Assembly: GCA_030141605.1 (NCBI GenBank)
Contig: JAQGDQ010000571.1
Location: forward strand, 62,001-126,000
Direction of reading: 5' to 3'
Origin: Tubiluchus corallicola
Taxonomy: Eukaryota; Animalia; Priapulida
Length of the DNA stretch: 64,000 bases
Part shown: piece after piece, positions 1 through 13,467 of the stretch
Layout of the letters: every line of letters starts with the position of its first letter
Position numbering within the stretch: the stretch's first letter is position 1
Translations under genes and position numbers: made by a program
Notes under the pieces: model-generated
The model's input: the letters and a program-made list of their open reading frames with translations, nothing else
Database searches by the model: none
Told to the model about the DNA's origin: nothing

Positions 1-329
1 ACATATTTATCTGTTCGTTGGTTTAACGCTTAAAAAACTATGCATTAAAAATATGAATTTCTCTAAGAACTATGCACCTTTTAAGTGTTTGTATATTTTT
101 TTGAGAAAGTTCATATATCTTAGTACTTCTTAGTACATATATGTGTATATGTATATCATTGTATATACAAGTAAGCAATATGGTGCATTGTAATACAAGT
201 AAGTGGTGCATTGACAGATAATCACGTAATTCATATTCATAACTATTTAAAAAAAATTTCGCTCTTTAAGGCTCACTCAAAATCGTAATTACATATTATG
301 TTTTCCTCTCTCAACTTTCAGGTTTATTG

Positions 330-563
330 CTCTTATACCATTGCTATTATTACATCATTTACTTCATCCTTATTTACACTAAGTTATCTACAGAAGCATG
401 CATAACTATAATCATTTTTTCATTGAAGGAAGGTGAGTGTGTTAATGACCGTATGGGTCGTACGCTCACCTTGCACTACTCAAATTATTTTATTTAAAGT
501 TTATTAATGTGTTTGATATTGTATTTTTTGATGTGTGAAATAAAATTCATAGTTCATAGTTCA
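330..563 (+). mobile_element. 3' end remnant of a CR1/L2-type LINE (second copy on the minus strand at ~34738-34888)
   Basis: Stem-loop aaggtgagtgt...cgctcaccttg, then AATAAA and a short (ttcatag)n tail; about 150 bp is repeated in reverse complement at ~34738-34888. Confidence 0.45.
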
Positions 564-1694
564 AAAAAAGTGTTAAACTCGCAAACTTCATGTACTGTTT
601 TCAAGCCTATCATATTTCACTTTAGTTTATGATGAATATGATGATGTGATGATATTCTACTATGATGATAATTTTTAGCTATAAACATTAGTTTAAATTA
701 TAGGAAAAAATTGAGATAAACTAAATGTACAACACTGAGCCTTGAAGTTTCAGCTAATCTCTCTGCTGCATTGAAACAACTAATGTAGTGCCCATTTGCA
801 AATGATAAAAAAACAATTTTCATTACACGGAATTGTGCCCGAAGGACGGTATACATTGTCAGATAACTTTCAAGTGTTACAGTTAACTGTGTTCTTTGTT
901 TTTCTTTCGCTACCTTGTATTATCTTTTCTTTCTTAGGACACGCACACACCTTTAGATCTCGTCTAATTGGCTTCATTCACGAAAGTGCAAAACTTTACC
1001 TGTCTGGCTTTCTGTTTTTGCCAATTAAGATCTAAGACTTTCTCTCTCGCATGTCCTCTCTGTTGTGTATACTTCCATGTTTGAGCTTCAGTAGTTTTTT
1101 TTTATGCTAGCAACTTCGTCTGCACTGATATTAACCAACAAAGCCTCGGTTGTCAGTAAAATGAAATGATTGTAATGAAACATGTAATTGTTGGATGAAT
1201 TTTGGTAAAAGTGGTTGACAAAAATTCAGGGTTCCCGCAGAATTTTAAAATAGATTTTCCTGACTTTTCCCTGACCAAGTATTGATTTTCCATGATCACG
1301 ATAAACAGAAATTGCCAGTATATATATTCAAACATTTTTGTGTATGGACATTCATACATATACTGATATAATGTATCGGCCAATCATTATTTTGGGAACA
1401 GAAATTAAAAATGGGAGCCTGCCATAGCAAAATTTTATTTGAACACGAATTGCTGAAAAATATGTTTGCAAGAATATGGGCTCACGGTGATTATTTTGCA
1501 ACTTTTTCCAATTTCCCTGACTTTTTGCCCCATTTTCATCATTTTCCCAGACGTTTTACTAAATTATCCTCTTCCCTGACTTTTCAATGGCTGTCCACGA
1601 TAGCCTGTATTTTCAAAGATTTTCCAGGATCTCCGAGAATTATTATGAATTGGTGCGATTGACGAGAAAAGTCATGTGTCGTTATCATTTACAG

Positions 1695-1767
1695 GTATTT
1701 TCATCAGACTCTACCTCTGCTGGAAGATGATTCATCAATTTACTGTATATCGGCTTGGAATGATCAC
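1695..1767 (+). CDS. POMGNT1: POMGNT1 (protein O-mannose beta-1,2-N-acetylglucosaminyltransferase 1), internal exon; upstream exons lie before the window
   Basis: ttacag|...|gtgagt; encodes YFHQTLPLLEDDSSIYCISAWNDH, matching the GT13-family 'LLEEDDSLYCISAWNDQ' segment. Confidence 0.92.
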
Positions 1768-3503
1768 GTGAGTCTTTTACTATGTCGTCGTCTAGTATAA
1801 GAGAGTTTTCACTACAATCACAGAACGATTTTTCGTGATCGTGGGAGCAGAACTGATGTCATCTTACCAGGACCGGACTTTCCTATAGGCTATTATAGGC
1901 TGCAGTTTCACCATATGAATATTTTTGTGGAGAAACAGAAGATGGTTATACTAGTTTATTTAAAGAATTTACGCTAAGTTTACTTCGTTACTGTCGCTGA
2001 AATATACAGGGATGAGCTGAGCATGATAAATTGCAAATCTTGTTGAGGGGCAAAGCCTTCTTGGAGCCAGCAATATAATTGCAATTTTGTGACCATAGCC
2101 TCTAAGTGGACTTAAGATATCAATTACCTTGTTTCATGCATAATTTTAAATACCTAACTATCAAGGATACAGATACATATGATCGTGAAGCTTGAAAAAA
2201 TTAACAAATTTTAGTTTGTGTATATTTTGTTGCCTATATTTCATAAATTATAAAATTAAACTTGGTTTTATTCAAATTACGCTTTGGTATTTCGGTTGTT
2301 TGCGTCTGGAGGCCTCAAAGCTTCACATTTGTCAGCAATGAAGATATGCTGCATTGCCGTAAAAGGTATGCTACAAATCGTACAGATTATCAAATAAACG
2401 ATATTTACGCTTTATTTGAACTATTTTAGCCAAAATTTTTCAGCGATTTTTAACATCTAGGAGATAAAAGGTAAGTTGGATAAATACCTCGAAAAAATGC
2501 TACTGAAAGTTTCGGCTACGATTTCGACGAAAACGAGGTTCAACCCCGAAAAATTTTCTCAACGAATTTACGCGATTTACAAAAATGGCACTACTGGTCT
2601 TCAAAAAACTTGGAATTGTGCGTATTCGCGGAAAATTCTCATCCCTGAATATAGTGTACTAAATACCCCCTTTACACTAAATGTAAGTTTCTGTTAAAGC
2701 CAAGTTATGCATCTGGCCTGTGTAGAAGCGGTCGTCTTTTACTGGTCCAGCCAGATTAATCCATGACGATGTAAACTTTATTTCATCATTATTTTTGAAT
2801 CTACTTCATGTATTTTGCGAATAAAGGTATCGTTTCTCTTACACATCATTCTGTTCTTTTGTGGATGGATGTCAGAAGAGTTGTAGTCTGCTTGGCCTCC
2901 GCATCTGCTGGTACCGAACCAACCCGAGTAGTTTTAGCCCTTGTCATAGAGGTTCCGCCTGCAAGTCAATATCATGAGTAGAAAATATTGAAGACGGGTA
3001 CAGGTGAGTTTGAGGATGCGCTGTCTGAGGGTGCCCATAATTTCATTCGTCTAGGGGTCCCGAAAGATCATATTCCTGGATCTTACAGTCACAGTGATCA
3101 TAGACCTGGAATCATATTTATACTGTAGAGTGCATTCTATAATGTGTTCTATAATCTCAAACTGATTGCAGACTTTTTATAGTCAGCATCGACAGTTTCT
3201 GCGCAATTTCAAGCTACATAGCATCAACACGTGTAACTTTAGTTCATAATTTTGCATTTTGTCTCATCTCATGATGTGTAAAGAGTTTAAATCATTTAAC
3301 TTGTTCAATTCAATTCAATTCATTTTTATTTTCTCAATAGCAGTTAAAATTTGACATACCAGGTAATTATTTTTACATTTCATTGCAACTGAGAAGGAGC
3401 AGCAAAAGACCTATTGGTGACTTGGTCAGCTGCCCCTTATTAAAAATACATCTTTACTTACAGGCTCATGACATTTTTAGGTGTTTGTATTTATATATAT
3501 ATA

Positions 3504-3534
<31 letters not shown>

Positions 3535-4046
3535 TATAATATAAATATAAATATATATATATATACAGGCACATTTACATATAAACATAATAGTATTAAA
3601 AATAGATTTGGTATTAAATTAGTACTAATTAGCAGAAATGTATATTTAATCTAGTCAAATTTTTAAAGGCAGAAAAATAGTAAGTGAGAAATTCTTGAGA
3701 ATTGAATACGAGGTTACATTGTGAATAATAATAATAGTTATACTATATGCATAAATTTATGGTAAAACAGATACAGTAATGTAAAGACGCAATGCAAAAA
3801 ATCAATAAATATATCTCATATCAAGTAAAAGCAAAAAACAAACTAAATTCTGCGAGGTAAGCAAAACTTAGCAAATAATTAAAGGATTATGTCAAGCTAA
3901 ACGCAATTCAACTCAAGGTAAAAAGAAATTGTCACAAGCAAAGCAAAAACGGAGTTCAACTTAAGCAAAAAATTATATCAGGCAAAAGCAACAAAAATAA
4001 ATGTTCAAACGTTTGTCCGTAGAGTCGTGGATTGTACCCAATTGTA

Positions 4047-4618
4047 CCACACGTGATTTTGACTGTAACCGTAATAAACCACACGTGATTTTGACCGTAA
4101 CCGTAATAAACCACATTTGATTTTGACTGTAACCGTAATAAACCACACGTGATTTTGACTGTAACCGTAATAAACCACACGTGATTTTGACTGTAACCGT
4201 AATAAACCACACATGATTTTGACTGTAACCGTAATAAACCACACGTGATTTTGACCGTAACCGTAATAAACCACACGTGATTTTGACTGTAACCGTAATA
4301 AACCACACGTGATTTTGACTGTAACCGTAATAAACCACACGTGATTTTGACTGTAACCGTAATAAACCACACGTGATTTTGACTGTAACCGTAATAAACC
4401 ACACGTGATTTTGACCGTAACCGTAATAAACCACACGTGATTTTGACCGTAACCGTAATAAACCACACGTGATTTTGACCGTAACCGTAATAAACCACAC
4501 GTGATTTTGACTGTAACCGTAATAAACCACACGTGATTTTGACTGTAACCGTAATAAACCACACAAGATTTTGACTGTAACCGTAATAAACCACACGTGA
4601 TTTTGACCGTAACCGTAA
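4047..4618. repeat. Minisatellite, ~18 copies of a 32-bp unit, in a POMGNT1 intron
   Basis: Unit ccacacgtgattttgac(t/c)gtaaccgtaataaa, nearly identical and head-to-tail with no spacers; explains the three minus-strand repeat ORFs. Confidence 0.97.
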
Positions 4619-5505
4619 TGACGTCATTTGAGAATCAGAATTTTTACTGTAGCAGAAATTCTCCATTATTTTGTGGCTTCCACTAGGCTAGAAGCCATGA
4701 TTCGCATTTGACTGACGAAGTTTTATTCTTGAACTTTAAAGAGAGAACCGGGCCACCCATGTCACATCCTACCCAATTTTGAGGTACGGTAAAGAGTATA
4801 CATTTTAACTCTCATAATAATGTAAGACTTCCAATTTTCTGTTTTAAAATTGACTAAATTCCGTTTGTATTTGGTTAAGATGAACATTTACTAAGGACGC
4901 AAAGGGCTAAAAAGCCACTTAGTTTTGCCGGAAATTAACAAGTGAAGAAAATTCCGTCTCTAGTATGCATTAAATTTGGAGAAATTTTGAAATCAGATCA
5001 GTTCCGTTTTTCATAAGTATTTCCGTTTCAGTTGCCCATTTCTGTGAATTGCATCCGTTTCCCTCGATCGCGTAAAATCAGAGGCCCTAATAATGCTATT
5101 TTATTTCTGATAAGTTGTAGGCTAAAAACTTATTTTACGGTGGCGAGTGCAGCGATGACATCACAAACTAACATGATTTTCAACAGCACGAACATTCCAT
5201 GAGTGTGTTGCACGTGTTTGTGAAAGTGAAAAATGAAGTACAGTGCTACTGTGCTATTTACAGTATGGTAATATGTATAAACTCGTCTAATTTTAAGTTT
5301 AAGATTAAAATTTCAATTTAGTGGTGTGCTTACAAATGAACTGTCAAGTGTGTGTACTACATTATGACTGAACACATGCACTGTGAGGTACACCACCTGT
5401 TTTTTGTGCAACACGTTTCATATTCTATGGCAGGCACTATTCTCCATCCAACTAACGAATGGCGAAATGCTTGTAACAGTACCGCAATCATTATTATAAT
5501 TTCAG

Positions 5506-5634
5506 GGTTACGAACACTCGTGTGGAGATCCGACCCTCCTGTACAGGATTGAGGGGATGGCTGGCCTCGGCTGGATGCTCAAGCGTAGCCTGTATAAAGC
5601 CGAACTAGAACTGAACTGGCCTTCACCGGAGAAG
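5506..5634 (+). CDS. POMGNT1: POMGNT1 internal exon
   Basis: tttcag|...|gtaatt; [43 protein letters not shown]; phase-compatible with its neighbours. Confidence 0.95.
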
Positions 5635-5958
5635 GTAATTTTAGCACTTGCCACTCATTTAGTACATGTCTGGTGATTTTCAAGCATCAAATTGCCGAAG
5701 AAACTTAATCTGTAATAATTAACGGGATTTCATTATATGTGGGTATGATTTGGTACTTTTTTTACTGGCCCTGTACGTTTTTATAAAAGTGAAACTTAGT
5801 ACTTTTTTACAGGCCTGTATGTTTATGAAAAATAAAAGTAAGACAGACCTTTTATTATTGAAATTTGTTCAAGGAAACTTCCAGTATTGAGTGATAAAGA
5901 GATGAGAAATGGCCGCATGTTGTAGCAGGAGCTTAGAACATCAACTTGCCCTGTTTAA

Positions 5959-6560
5959 AGGAAGACAGGATGGTTTTTCATGTACTACCCCATTTTCAAG
6001 ACCGATAAAAAGTATACATTTTAACACAATTAATGCTGCAGAAGCGTTACTGATAATTAAATAATAGATTAAAATCTTAATTAACGGCGGGCGAGCCCGA
6101 CTATTGATGATATCACAAGCGAACATAATTTTCAACTGCAACTGCACGTGTTTGTGAAAATGAAAATTGAAGTACAGTGCTACTGTATGATATTCAGTGT
6201 GTTGTACTAAAACTCGGCAAGTTTTAAGATGAAAATTCAAATTTCAAATTTACTGTTCTACTGACGCATGAGCTGTCGAACGTGTGCCGTTCATCACCAC
6301 ATCTGAACTGAGAGGTACAGCACCTGTGTTTTGTGCGATGCATTTCCGAAATGCAGGCGCTAGTGCCCGTCTATAACTAGCGAATGACGAAATGCATGTA
6401 ACAGTGAAGAACTAGTGGCACGAACGTGAAATTGTGTTTGTATAGTAGTAATTTTTTTGCGTAAGTCATTTTTGAAAAAAAATAGTTTGTTTCCTTTCAA
6501 TATTTTAAAGAGTAGATTTTTCTGACCCACAGTTTAAGATTGGGTTCGGTTTTGTCGCAT
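5959..6560 (+). mobile_element. TTAA-flanked non-autonomous DNA transposon, family K1 (Kolobok-like)
   Basis: Starts TTAA|AGGAAGACAGG; homologous to copies at ~5090-5480, ~45625-46120, 54230-55697, 60252-60790 and 62698-63045. Confidence 0.7.
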
Positions 6561-7094
6561 TTAATTTAAACTTTCTCATGTTACCTATAATGATATACAA
6601 AGCCTACAGGCATCATTTTATCAATTAAAAGGTATTCCATGTTGCTTGCCGTCCTTAATGTTTTGCATATTAATTGCATATGCCATCCTAAGCAAACAAG
6701 TGCGCAGGTGGGACTAGGAAAGTTTGTAGATTCCGTATATCATTATAGGTAATATGGGTAATCTTTAAAATCATGTGGTAAAGCTTGTCTAATCACTGAA
6801 TAAAAAATAAGGTGAAAGGATTTAATAGTTTACCATGAGTAGGGAGTGTAGTGTAATGTTTTGCATTATTCCCAAACAAGGTCATTTCTCGTTTACTCTA
6901 GAAAGTATAGTTACCCAAATTTCGCATAATTATTACTGCTTTTTATTTTTGCTAAAATATTTCTAGTTTACCTGGTTAAATTTGTACACAAATTAGATTC
7001 TCGGCCTACGGCATGTTAAAAATGGGTTTTCTTTTTCTGTCCACCCTGTATATCTTGTTACCATGGTGAATATAGTAACAATTTTTCTATGTAG

Positions 7095-7220
7095 TTATGG
7101 GATTGGGATATGTGGATGCGAACCAATGAAATACGTAAGGACAGAGAGTGTATAATCCCGGACGTATCCCGCACGTATCACTTCGGAGCCTCCGGAATCA
7201 ATATGAATAGTTATTTTCAA
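7095..7220 (+). CDS. POMGNT1: POMGNT1 internal exon (catalytic WDWD motif)
   Basis: atgtag|...|gtgagt; [42 protein letters not shown]. Confidence 0.95.
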
Positions 7221-8178
7221 GTGAGTTAAATTTCTCTGTTTTGGCTTCATACAGTTCTAAAAAATGACTTCACACTTTCTAAATATTTCTTGTCCTTGTA
7301 TACGATTGTGTAAAGATTTGTTGCTTGTTGTACTGAGTACGCGATTGTAGTATTATGTGATCCATTTAATTGTCAGTCTACTAAGGTACTGAATTAGTCT
7401 ATGCTTTTACTCTAATTGTACAAAGTTTGTCAGAGATTGATTTTTGTTTCTAAATATTGTTTCCTTTTGCTTTTGTAGATATTCATTAATCAGATTAATT
7501 AGATTGTTAATTTCATGCTTTAATTCTGGTTCTAACTCTCTTATTCAAGGTTAAATAGAGAAAAATTATAACATTATAACACAGCTTTCTGTAAACCAAT
7601 AATCTTTATTCTGCTGTCAAAGAAGCCAAGTAGACTTTGATTTTGGTTTGACTAGTAGTCTGTAGAGTATAGGTGACCTTTCCATTTATGGTCTGTATGC
7701 ATGAATGTGATGTACCTTCCAATAGGAACTTTTCTGGTCATGTGATTACAGCTTTATTCTCTCAAACATACAAGTTTCAGTTGATCTAGAGACAGCATTG
7801 AGAAAGGATGCAAATTTTCTACTGTAAAATATCATATTGCTAACTTTATGATTGTTTGTTCAATTTTGTGATTGATGTGAACATTGTACACGTTTTACAA
7901 TAAAGTGATTGCAAATTTCTACAACATTATTGTATCACCTCGAACCATTATGTTATTCAACGCTTAAGACAAGCAGCAAAAATATATTATCAGAGTGGCA
8001 GATATATTTAGCTTCCTAGTGTCATTTCCAGTAGAAAAAAATGCAAAGATTTGCACACTGAATATAGTAATTAGAACATGTGAATCATTAATAATTGATT
8101 GATAATTAATTAATTCCTCGATTTCTCGTCACAATGTAGCACTTTCTATCAGTTCGTTTATTTGTTTGTTTGTTTCAG

Positions 8179-8288
8179 GATGTTTATTTTAAAAGACATT
8201 TTATAAACGCCGATCCTCACGTGCGATTAAAAGACATCGAGACGTTAACGAAGGAGAATTATGAATCTTATGTTCGAGAGCAGCTAAG
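8179..8288 (+). CDS. POMGNT1: POMGNT1 internal exon
   Basis: tttcag|...|gtgcgt; DVYFKRHFINADPHVRLKDIETLTKENYESYVREQL; phase-2 end matches the next exon. Confidence 0.92.
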
Positions 8289-9127
8289 GTGCGTATGAAT
8301 TGTTGATTAACTCCTTCAGGATTGTAAGCATTTCCTGCATTTTGCGTGGCTTCGTGAAAAACAGCTCTTCCTAAACTAAGCAGCGGTTACGTTATATTTG
8401 ATAATTTTTGTAGGTCTCTACTCCTCACACAATGGATTTTCATTGAAAATTATATATAAACTGCATTTGCTTACCTTAAGCAAATTAAAAATCGCTTTTT
8501 GACGATTAAAATGAAAAAAGCTATCAGTAATTTGCACTGTAACAATGTACAGTAACATTTGTGTGAAATCGGCTAATGCAGAAAATTTCGACTATCCAAA
8601 CACAACACTCTAATACGCTCAAGTCTGCTCTATTTTTAAGGAGAAATTTCTCTTAAAAGATGAAGAAAGACTTTAGTTTTAGAAGCCTCTTAAAAGACTA
8701 ATTTTTTCTTGGCTGATCAGTTGGTTTTTCCTGGAATAGCAGCAGAGCACTGCAGCTTGAGTTGTAGTAAACAGGCGATCAATAAATTAGTGTGTACGAT
8801 CACGCAAGTGTACACCAGACTAGGTTACTCAATAGACTGAGTAGGAGTGCCTGATGAGGGCATGTGTTTCTTAATTTTATCCAATTAAATCACTTGCACA
8901 TGTTTAAACAAATAACGTGATCAGATAGCCGAGATTCTCCTGAATAGAGCAGTACCTAATTTGTTTATCCTTTAGTTATGTCAGTGCTCTTACAGTAGCA
9001 TGAAAGTGATACCTCTTACAACACCTATTTTGAGTTTTGTGGTCCTGAAGGAGTTACGAATAGGTAACTTTAAATACAGGCTGTTTAAACTCTTGCTTGT
9101 CAGTGCAGCAGGCCTTACATATGTAGA

Positions 9128-9577
9128 TTGGTTGGTTGGTTGGCATCCTGTCTCAAAAGACAATGGAGTGTGTGCCAAGAGAGTCAGTTATTGATCACAT
9201 TAATGGAGCTGCAGCGTCACCTGTGGCTGAGCAGTGCGATCCTTTAACGTCTCCAGGGCGCACGCCTGGGCAAGGTGTATGGAGATCCTGAGTTGCCCAG
9301 ACAACAGGAACCCCCTCTCTTCCTCGCTGGTGTAGTCCAAAGGAAAGCGGAGCGATACATTTGGCACCAGGTTGGCTGCAGGAGCTGCCGGAGTCAGTGA
9401 GCATGCTCCACAGATCCGCCTTCGGGGCTCCACTCCTGATTTGGAAGGTTTACTCCTCTACACATGGCCGTTGGGTCACTTGACCTCTGCCCTCTAGCTG
9501 TTGGCTGCTTGTGTAGCTACTCCACCTAGTGTCAAGACACAGTGTGGGCATCCTGCAAGCCTACAGCACCTGGTATT
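9128..9577 (-). mobile_element. 5S-derived SINE (SINE3 type), 5'-truncated copy
   Basis: Reverse complement reads aataccaggtgctgtaggctt (3' end of 5S), the same body as 27040-27583, and a (ccaa)n tail. Confidence 0.88.
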
Positions 9578-9740
9578 GCAGGATGTAACAATATTACATA
9601 ATAATATGTAACATATTACATATATGTTAATAATATGTTACATATTACATATGTAATAATATGTAATATATATATATATATATATACCACCGAAATACAA
9701 TATATGCAATTGTTACTAATATGGTTGTTATTTTTTACAG

Positions 9741-9876
9741 TCAAGCACAAACATTAGATCATAGCAAATCACCGTGTGAATCGGACTTCATTCCTCCTAC
9801 GAAGTTGGTGACGTACGTCATGTACATCAAGATGGAGAATTCCACAGATTTCACCGCGTGGTTACAAGTTGCTAAG
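9741..9876 (+). CDS. POMGNT1: POMGNT1 internal exon
   Basis: ttacag|...|gtaaac; QAQTLDHSKSPCESDFIPPTKLVTYVMYIKMENSTDFTAWLQVAK (compare 'LDHSKNPCEDSF...DFTTWTQLAK'). Confidence 0.93.
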
Positions 9877-9997
9877 GTAAACAATAATGGTGACTTATTG
9901 TCGTAACAGAGTTGAAAAATGTCTTTTAAATGATGAAAAATGGTGCAGCTTATCAAGCATTATGAATTATTACAGCTAGTTGTCAACTTATGCGTTA

Positions 9998-11256
9998 CCT
10001 TACCTTAGACCTTAGTCCTTCCTGCGCATTGATGCACATTGGGCAGACAGCATTTTCCACTGAGTTCTATCGGCGGCTTCGTTCTCTACGTTTTCCCAAC
10101 GTATGTTGACAGCTCGAAGGTCTTCTTTGAAGGATCTGCGCCACGTTGTTTTTGGCCGACCTCTTTTTCGTTTCCCACCAGGTGGTTCCCACTGTACTGC
10201 TGTTTTGGCGTAACGACTTTCTGATAGACGGAGAATATGTCCAGCCAGTTTCATTCTTCTCTCTGTAACTATATCTTGTAACCGCAATGACTGCGCTCGT
10301 TGAAGAACTTCTACATTGGTGACATGGTCGCGGTAGGAGATTTTTAGTATCTTTCGAAGGCATTTTTGGTGGAAGACGTTCAGTTTCTTTGATAACTCCG
10401 CTGTGACTTTCCAGGTTTCGCTGGCATAGAGAGCCGTTGGCAGCACAATGGCGTTGTACAGACGAAGTTTGATTTTCATGTCAATTTTCTTGCTTGTCCA
10501 GATTTTTCCCATCTTCCTAAATACTGCTGTTGCTTTGCCGATTCTCCCCCTGATGTCATTTTCTGTACCTCCATTACAGGTCATCACACTGCCCAGATAT
10601 GAAAAACTGGTAACGTTCTTAACCATTTGGCCTCCCACTGTTATATGTACATCATTCTGTTGGTTTGTCCACACTTTCAAAACTTTGGTCTTTTCTTGAC
10701 TAATTCTCAATCCAATTTTTCCCGCTACTTCTTCCATACTTGTGGTCAGTTGTTGCAGGCTTTCTTTTGATGTTTCCAGAAGAGCTATATCGTCAGCAAA
10801 GTCCAGATCTGCCAATCGTTGTTGTTGTTTCCATTGCATTCCTAGATCTTTACCATCAACCGCCTTCTTCATGATGAAATCAATCGTCAGTAGGAACAGG
10901 AATGGCGACATAATGCAACCCTGCTTAACTCCAGTTTCGATGGTGAAATACTCGGTGTTTCCCTCTTGTGTTCTTATACAACAGCCGCTGTTTTGGTAAA
11001 AGTTCTGGATGGTTGAAATGAATTTCTGTGGGATACCATACAGAGAAGCAATTTTCCATAGAGACTGCCTGTGAACAGAGTCAAAAGCCTTCTTGAAATC
11101 AATAAAATTGATTAATAAGGGCTGTTGGAATTCCATACATTGCTCAATGATGTTTCTGAGAGTGAATATCTGTTCACAGCATGATCTTCCTTTTCTAAAT
11201 CCAGCTTGTTGTTCTCTTAGTCTTATATCAACAGCATCCCTCAACCGATCTAGCAG
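9998..11256 (-). mobile_element. 5'-truncated RTE-clade LINE with an uninterrupted reverse-transcriptase ORF (10012-11244)
   Basis: Motifs QAGFRKGRSC, FIDFKKAFDSV, GVKQGCIMSPFLF, LDFADD, RGRPKTTW; short (taagg)n tail; 12-bp TSD acttatgcgtta at 9986-9997 and 11257-11268. Confidence 0.96.
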
Positions 11257-11961
11257 ACTTATGCGTTAGGCGTGACCATTTGAGTTTTTTTAGTTCAAAT
11301 TTGATTCAAACGTCACCGCTTCAACCTTAATCATTAAAACGTTTGAAACATCACACAGTCAGCACAGTTTAGCTGCAATTTCTGTGCAGAATTTTTAAAG
11401 AAATTAGTGTTTTTACTGCAGAATAAATCAAGTAGTATTATGCAGGATATTTGTGAGACTGCATTTTATTAATGATTCGAAAATTTATTTGAAAGTCTTC
11501 AAAATTCAATTCGGATTAAAAAATGCCGAAACTCAGTTCGAGTCGATTCGAGTGCAAAATTTACAAGTTCGACTCTATTCGAATTCGCTGTCTGGTAGAG
11601 ACAACGTAGGTATTGTTATTATTGAAATTCTGGTAGGACCTACGTAGCTGATGACCGGTCGACTTTACGATCGCAACCACAACTTGGAACTGTCGTTACC
11701 TTCCGTTTTTAAGCTAATTAGTTGAAATCACTAAACTGGTCTAGAATGATTTTGTTTGCGGCAGCCGTGCGGTGATCAAAACTTTGCAGTTGAGCAAACG
11801 TTTGTTTTGGGAAAAAAGTCAAGTTTTTGCTTAAGTGGGTGTTGGTTGTTATTTTAATTTTAAGAATTTGTTTTCCCATCACTAATCCTCATTGCAGCGT
11901 TGTTATTGGTCAGTGCTGCACTGCATTACCAGTTCCTCGAACATTCGATTGTGCATTTCAG

Positions 11962-12071
11962 TGTTTTCACGTTTGGGATTTGGACGTCAGGGGGCAGCAC
12001 AATAGTATGTGGCGTTTGTACATGCACGGCAACCCGCTGTACGTGATTGGTGTTCCCTCATCACCTTATTC
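11962..12071 (+). CDS. POMGNT1: POMGNT1 penultimate exon
   Basis: tttcag|...|gtaagt; CFHVWDLDVRGQHNSMWRLYMHGNPLYVIGVPSSPYS (WDLDVRG motif). Confidence 0.95.
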
Positions 12072-12314
12072 GTAAGTATTTGCTGCTTGTTTTAACTGCG
12101 TAACTTTACTGATGCAGGGTGGGTGGTTTACTGATGCGGGGTGGGTGGTTGATGCAAAAGTGCTACTTTTTCTTAATGACCTCCACCACTGGCTTCCCAA
12201 AAGCCAAATTGGCTTCTAATTTTCCTAAATGCTAATGCCAGATTAGTTTTACCCCAATGGTATTGCTTTTTTGCAACTATTTAGGTGTATAGCTGATGCT
12301 CTGTTTTAATTATA

Positions 12315-13060
12315 TGTGTGCTTGCAAACCAAATTGTCCGCAAGTAGGCATAGTTAAAACTACAATGCTTCAAAATGTGGGTCAAAAATCAACAAATGCT
12401 AAATATATTGGACATTTATGTTCTAGGATCAAAACATCAGGAAATTGTTGAGAAAATACTAAAATTTTAATTGTATAACTTCTTGCTCCCATTTCTCTGC
12501 TTAAAAACTATAATTGCATTAGTGTAAATCTTCGAACTTCAATAGTAGTTCGTGAAAGCAATCATTTTGCTTGTGGTTTTTCTGTTGCCAAAACCCAGAT
12601 CTTCATTTAGAGGAGCCATTTACAGCATTGAAACAAAACTTCATTGCGCTCTTGCAAAGTCCATAGCGACCATCTATTCATACTGTTGGCATGTGTTTTT
12701 TGTAGAAACTCGACAAAAAACAATGGCTAACTTTAACAGTGATTTTCTCAAGGTTAGGTTTTTCAGTGGGCAGCCTGCACCTGAACTTCAATGTGGATTA
12801 TCTCAGCTTAGAAATAACCCGATCAAAATAATCCTCATGAAATGGAGATTCAGGATATGTGAATAACTAGAAAAGCTTAGACGACTTATTGACGATTTTG
12901 CTATAAATTTGCAAGCTCATATTTAAATTTAGCAAGGTAAACTAGAAATATTTTAACATAAAAAAAGGAGGTTAGAAATAACACAGAGCAATGAGCTTGG
13001 TATCAAAGTGATCCTGATAAGCTTGACATTCAGGATTTGTGGATAACTAAAGAACTTAAT
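12315..13060 (+). mobile_element. Dispersed repeat, probably a non-autonomous DNA transposon; second copy at ~42577-43210
   Basis: Shared colinear blocks: tgcttgcaaaccaaa, catagttaaaactac, cttcaatgtggattatctcagcttagaaataac, cctcatgaaatggagattc. Confidence 0.6.
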
Positions 13061-13397
13061 TGCAGATTTCCAGGCATTTTTGCTGTGCAAACACGCATTT
13101 CTTGGCGCAGATGTTATTTGCTTGTTTAGCTGTTGTAGATTCGTCTGCGAATCTCTGACGTTGTTGTTTTATTTGTGCTGTTGAAGCATCTTCATGTGAT
13201 GACATCAACTGTAGAAGAGGAGCAGTTATTGGCAGCCTCTTCTCTTTGCCACATTTTGGGGCTTCAAATATTGAGGCAATGCATGGGTGATCCGGTTAAG
13301 CTGTTAAACTTGGTGAAGCATGTCGGCCGTTGATAACTGCTCGCCTATTTTTCAAACATGTAGATGACTGATGCTGTATAATTATTTTTTCCTGTAG

Positions 13398-13467
13398 CAC
13401 ATTCAAGCCTTCTACAGTAACACCAATATTCTTACGAGACGGAGAGTTATTATCAGAAGTACGCTAA
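13398..13467 (+). CDS. POMGNT1: POMGNT1 last coding exon
   Basis: ctgtag| then TFKPSTVTPIFLRDGELLSEVR-TAA (compare 'KPPSVTPIFL'). Confidence 0.9.

Noticed and set aside
4047-4618. CRISPR-like array (32-bp repeats) and 185-236 aa ORFs
   Set aside because: Units are contiguous with no unique spacers, there are no cas genes and the context is eukaryotic; the ORFs are periodic repeat translations.
5941-6240. Recurring ~70-100 aa ORF family (also 45983, 54555, 60608, 62724)
   Set aside because: Lies in K1 non-autonomous elements; starts and stops are inconsistent between copies and no domain is recognisable.
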